Program-made: the position numbers and the translations under genes
In this document: one piece after another, positions 61,338-64,000 of the stretch
Position numbering within the stretch: the first letter of the stretch is position 1
Layout: each line of letters begins with the position of its first letter
The notes under the pieces: model-generated
The model's input: the letters and a program-made list of their open reading frames with translations, nothing else
Database searches by the model: none
Told to the model about the DNA's origin: nothing
Source of the DNA: an uncultured Desulfatibacillum sp.
GTDB lineage: Bacteria; Desulfobacterota; Desulfobacteria; Desulfobacterales; SpSt-501
Direction: 5' to 3'
Assembly (NCBI GenBank): GCA_964427375.1
Contig: CAYRUF010000006.1
Span: 38,892-102,891, forward strand
DNA: 64,000 nucleotides

Positions 61338-64000
61338 ATGACGCATGCAATCAAATCCCTTGGTTTATGCCTGGGCGCATCCACGGTTTCGATGGTCCAG
61401 GTCGAACAGGACCGCGGCGGCGCCACCGCGCCGCGCATCAGCGCCCATTCGGTTCACGTCCATGAAGGGGACCCCAAGCGCACTTTGCTGCGGGCTCTGG
61501 AAGGCATCGACCTGGCATCCTTCGACCGCATCGCCGCCACCGGACGCAAATTCCGCAAATTCGTCAATTTGACGTCGATCTCGGAGCCGGAAGCGGTCGA
61601 ATGCGCCTATCCGTTCCTGAAGCCCGCCGGGATCGACTGCCCCGCTGTCGTGTCCGCCGGCGGGGAGACCTTCATGGTCTATGTCCTGGACCGCCGCGCA
61701 CGCATCGCCAACGTCATCACCGGCAACAAATGCGCCTCCGGCACGGGCGAGTTTTTTCTGCAACAGCTGCGGCGCATGAACGTCGGCCTGGAGGAAGCCG
61801 CCGCGTTCGCCGCCGTGGAACGACCCCATCATGTCTCCGGCCGCTGTTCGGTGTTCTGCAAGTCGGACTGCACCCACGCCACCAACAAGGGCATTCCCAA
61901 GGCCCAGGTTACCGCGGGCCTGTGCCAGATGATGGCCAACAAGATCCTCGAACTGCTCAAGAAGGTCGAGCGTCGCGACATCATGATCACCGGCGGCACC
62001 GCCCAGAATCACATGATGATCGAGTACCTGCGCCGCGAAATCCCGGGGTTGATCGTCCCCCCGGAGGCTCCTTACTTCGAGGCCCTCGGAGCCGCGCTCT
62101 GGGCGCTCAACCATGAAACCGCACCGTTTCCGGGCATCGCCGACCTCTTCGTCGAGGGAGCGGTGGCCTTCAACCGCCTGGCGCCCCTTGCGGATTTCGC
62201 CGCGCAGGTCGAGTTCAAGACGATCGCCCGGGATGCGATCCGCGCCGGAGACGTCTGCATCCTCGGCCTGGACGTCGGCTCCACCACCACCAAGGCCGTG
62301 CTGCTGCGCCGCTCCGACCAGGCCCTGCTGGCCTCGGACTATCTGCGCACCAGCGGCGATCCGGTGGGCGCCTCCCGGCGCTGCTACCGTTCGATCCTGG
62401 AGCAGGTGCGGCGCCAGGTCGACCCGCGGCAGATCCACATCGTCGGTCTCGGGGTGACCGGATCGGGGCGGCAGATCGCCGGGCTGCACGCCCTCACCGA
62501 CGGGGTCATCAACGAAATCATCGCCCACGCCACGGCGGCCGTCCATTTCGATCCCCAGGTCGACACGATTTTTGAAATCGGCGGCCAGGACGCCAAGTAC
62601 ACCTACATCACCAACTCGGTCCCCTCGGACTATGCCATGAACGAGGCCTGCTCCGCCGGGACCGGCTCGTTTTTAGAGGAGTCGGCCTTCGAAACGCTGG
62701 GCGTACGCATGGAAGACATCGCCGACGTCGCCCTCCGGGGCCGGCGGCCGCCCAACTTCAACGACCAGTGCGCCGCCTTCATCGCCTCGGACATCAAGAA
62801 CGCCATTCACGAGGGCATGGCCCACGAGGACATCGTCGCCGGCCTGGTGTATTCGATTAGCATGAACTACTCCAACCGGGTCAAGGGCAACCGCCCGGTC
62901 GGCGAAAAGGTCTTCATGCAGGGCGGCGTGTGCTATAACCGGGCCGTGCCGCTCGCGATGGCGGCGCTGGTCGGCAAACCGATCGTCGTGCCGCCGGAAC
63001 CCGGCCTGATGGGGGCCTTCGGCGTAGCCCTGGAGGTCCGCAAGCGCATCGAAAGCGGGCTCATGACCGAGACGCTCTTCGACCTGGAGGCGCTGGCCGG
63101 CCGGGAGGTGATCTACGGCCGCTCCTTCACCTGCCGGGGCGGCAAGGAAAAGTGCGACCGGCGCTGCGCCATCAACGTCATCGAAGTGGAGGGGCAGAAG
63201 CACCCCTTCGGCGGAGCCTGCAACCGCTACTACAATCTCCGCCACCACATGGACTACGACATCGAGAAGCTCGACCTGGTCCGCCGGCGCCAGAAGATGA
63301 TCTTCGAAATCTACGGCGTACCGCCCGCCGCCGGCATGAGCGCGGGGGGCCGCGGCCGCGTCGGCCTCAACCGCAGCTTCCTGGTCAACACCTACTACCC
63401 GCTCTACTCCCATTTCTTCAGCCAGCTGGGCTTCGATCTGGTGGTGCCGGACCTGCCCACCCAGGAGGGCATCGACCAGCGCGGCGCGGCGTTCTGCTAT
63501 CCCGTGGAGCTGGCGCACGGCTTCTTCGATACGCTGCTCAAGGCCGATCCGCCCCTGGATTTCATCTTTCTGCCGCACTTCAAGGCAGTTCCCAATCTGA
63601 AGGACGAAAGCAGCGCCCAGTCGCTGGTCTGCCCCCTGGTCCAGGGGGAGACCTACTACCTGCAGACCTCTTTCCGTCCGGCGCTCGACCGCCTGCGGCA
63701 GCGCGGCGCCCGCCTGCTGGCGCCGCTGCTGGACCTGTCGCAGGGAGTCCACGCCGCCGAGGCGCCTCTGCTGGAAGCCGCCGAACAGATGGGCGTGAAC
63801 CGCAAGGCCGCCCAGGCCGCCTTCGCCGTCGCCCGGCAGCGGCAGCTCGACTGCTTCGCCGCCATGAAGACCGCCGGCCGGCAGGCCCTGGCCGAGCTGG
63901 AGGCCGACCCGGAGCGCTTCGGCGTCGTGATCTTCGCGCGGCCGTACAACGGCTTCGCCGAAGAAGCCCACATGGGCATCCCCCACAAGTTCGCTTCGCG
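61338..64000 (+). CDS. Giant BadF/BadG/BcrA/BcrD(HgdC)-type double ATPase fused to a 2-hydroxyacyl-CoA-dehydratase-like domain (5' 887 codons; continues past the right edge)
   Basis: GGGAGG RBS + ATG 61338, open to the window end, hence absent from the track. Two acetate/sugar-kinase-fold ATPase modules (LGLCLGASTVS...GNKCASGTGEFF...CSVFCKSD and LGLDVGSTTTKAV...NEACSAGTGSFLE...NDQCAAFIASD), followed by an HgdAB/DUF2229-like region. Confidence 0.85.
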   Translation, partial: MTHAIKSLGLCLGASTVSMVQVEQDRGGATAPRISAHSVHVHEGDPKRTLLRALEGIDLASFDRIAATGRKFRKFVNLTSISEPEAVECAYPFLKPAGIDCPAVVSAGGETFMVYVLDRRARIANVITGNKCASGTGEFFLQQLRRMNVGLEEAAAFAAVERPHHVSGRCSVFCKSDCTHATNKGIPKAQVTAGLCQMMANKILELLKKVERRDIMITGGTAQNHMMIEYLRREIPGLIVPPEAPYFEALGAALWALNHETAPFPGIADLFVEGAVAFNRLAPLADFAAQVEFKTIARDAIRAGDVCILGLDVGSTTTKAVLLRRSDQALLASDYLRTSGDPVGASRRCYRSILEQVRRQVDPRQIHIVGLGVTGSGRQIAGLHALTDGVINEIIAHATAAVHFDPQVDTIFEIGGQDAKYTYITNSVPSDYAMNEACSAGTGSFLEESAFETLGVRMEDIADVALRGRRPPNFNDQCAAFIASDIKNAIHEGMAHEDIVAGLVYSISMNYSNRVKGNRPVGEKVFMQGGVCYNRAVPLAMAALVGKPIVVPPEPGLMGAFGVALEVRKRIESGLMTETLFDLEALAGREVIYGRSFTCRGGKEKCDRRCAINVIEVEGQKHPFGGACNRYYNLRHHMDYDIEKLDLVRRRQKMIFEIYGVPPAAGMSAGGRGRVGLNRSFLVNTYYPLYSHFFSQLGFDLVVPDLPTQEGIDQRGAAFCYPVELAHGFFDTLLKADPPLDFIFLPHFKAVPNLKDESSAQSLVCPLVQGETYYLQTSFRPALDRLRQRGARLLAPLLDLSQGVHAAEAPLLEAAEQMGVNRKAAQAAFAVARQRQLDCFAAMKTAGRQALAELEADPERFGVVIFARPYNGFAEEAHMGIPHKFAS

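Noticed and set aside
1-64000. Search for tRNA, rRNA, tmRNA, riboswitches, transposases, integrases, toxin-antitoxin or defence genes
   Set aside because: Every intergenic gap over 100 bp was inspected by eye. No cloverleaf-like or rRNA-like sequence, recognisable riboswitch core, or mobile/defence gene motifs were found. This needs tRNAscan-SE/Infernal/defence-finder tools to confirm.

Overview
GC-rich (about 60-65% by eye), gene-dense chromosomal segment with about 57 protein-coding genes. I found no rRNA, tRNA, CRISPR array, transposase, integrase or prophage genes. Gene content suggests an anaerobic Desulfobacterota/deltaproteobacterial-type genome: TTT and TRAP transporters, an HgdC/BcrAD-type activase, HDOD/hybrid-kinase signalling and a sigma54-like promoter. 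That assignment is inference only. Housekeeping genes include dnaE, guaB, recJ, miaB and murJ, plus a SMUG1-type UDG and a YciO paralog. They are interleaved with metabolic clusters. One is a GntR-divergent tctCBA operon carrying a signal-less ASST-family enzyme and a glutaredoxin::degenerate radical-SAM fusion. Another is a malate-synthase-like / amidase / 2-hydroxyacid dehydrogenase / TRAP / SAF-domain oxidoreductase / hydrolase block. A third pairs an HpcH aldolase with a DUF2520 reductase. Because GC3 is high, nearly every real gene has a long spurious antisense ORF in the track. I chose strands by motif content, RBS and operon logic. I did not find a clear-cut new multi-gene system such as a defence island. 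The best candidates for follow-up are: (i) a tandem CDP-alcohol phosphatidyltransferase fusion next to a giant double-ATPase/dehydratase-like protein, possibly ether-lipid/plasmalogen related; (ii) the cytoplasmic ASST + Grx-rSAM-like pair in the TTT operon; (iii) an orphan BcsA-PilZ glycosyltransferase 11 nt downstream of dnaE; (iv) at least three families of intergenic hairpin / MITE-like repeats, including nested copies between guaB and dnaE. All homology calls are by eye from the translations. No searches were run.
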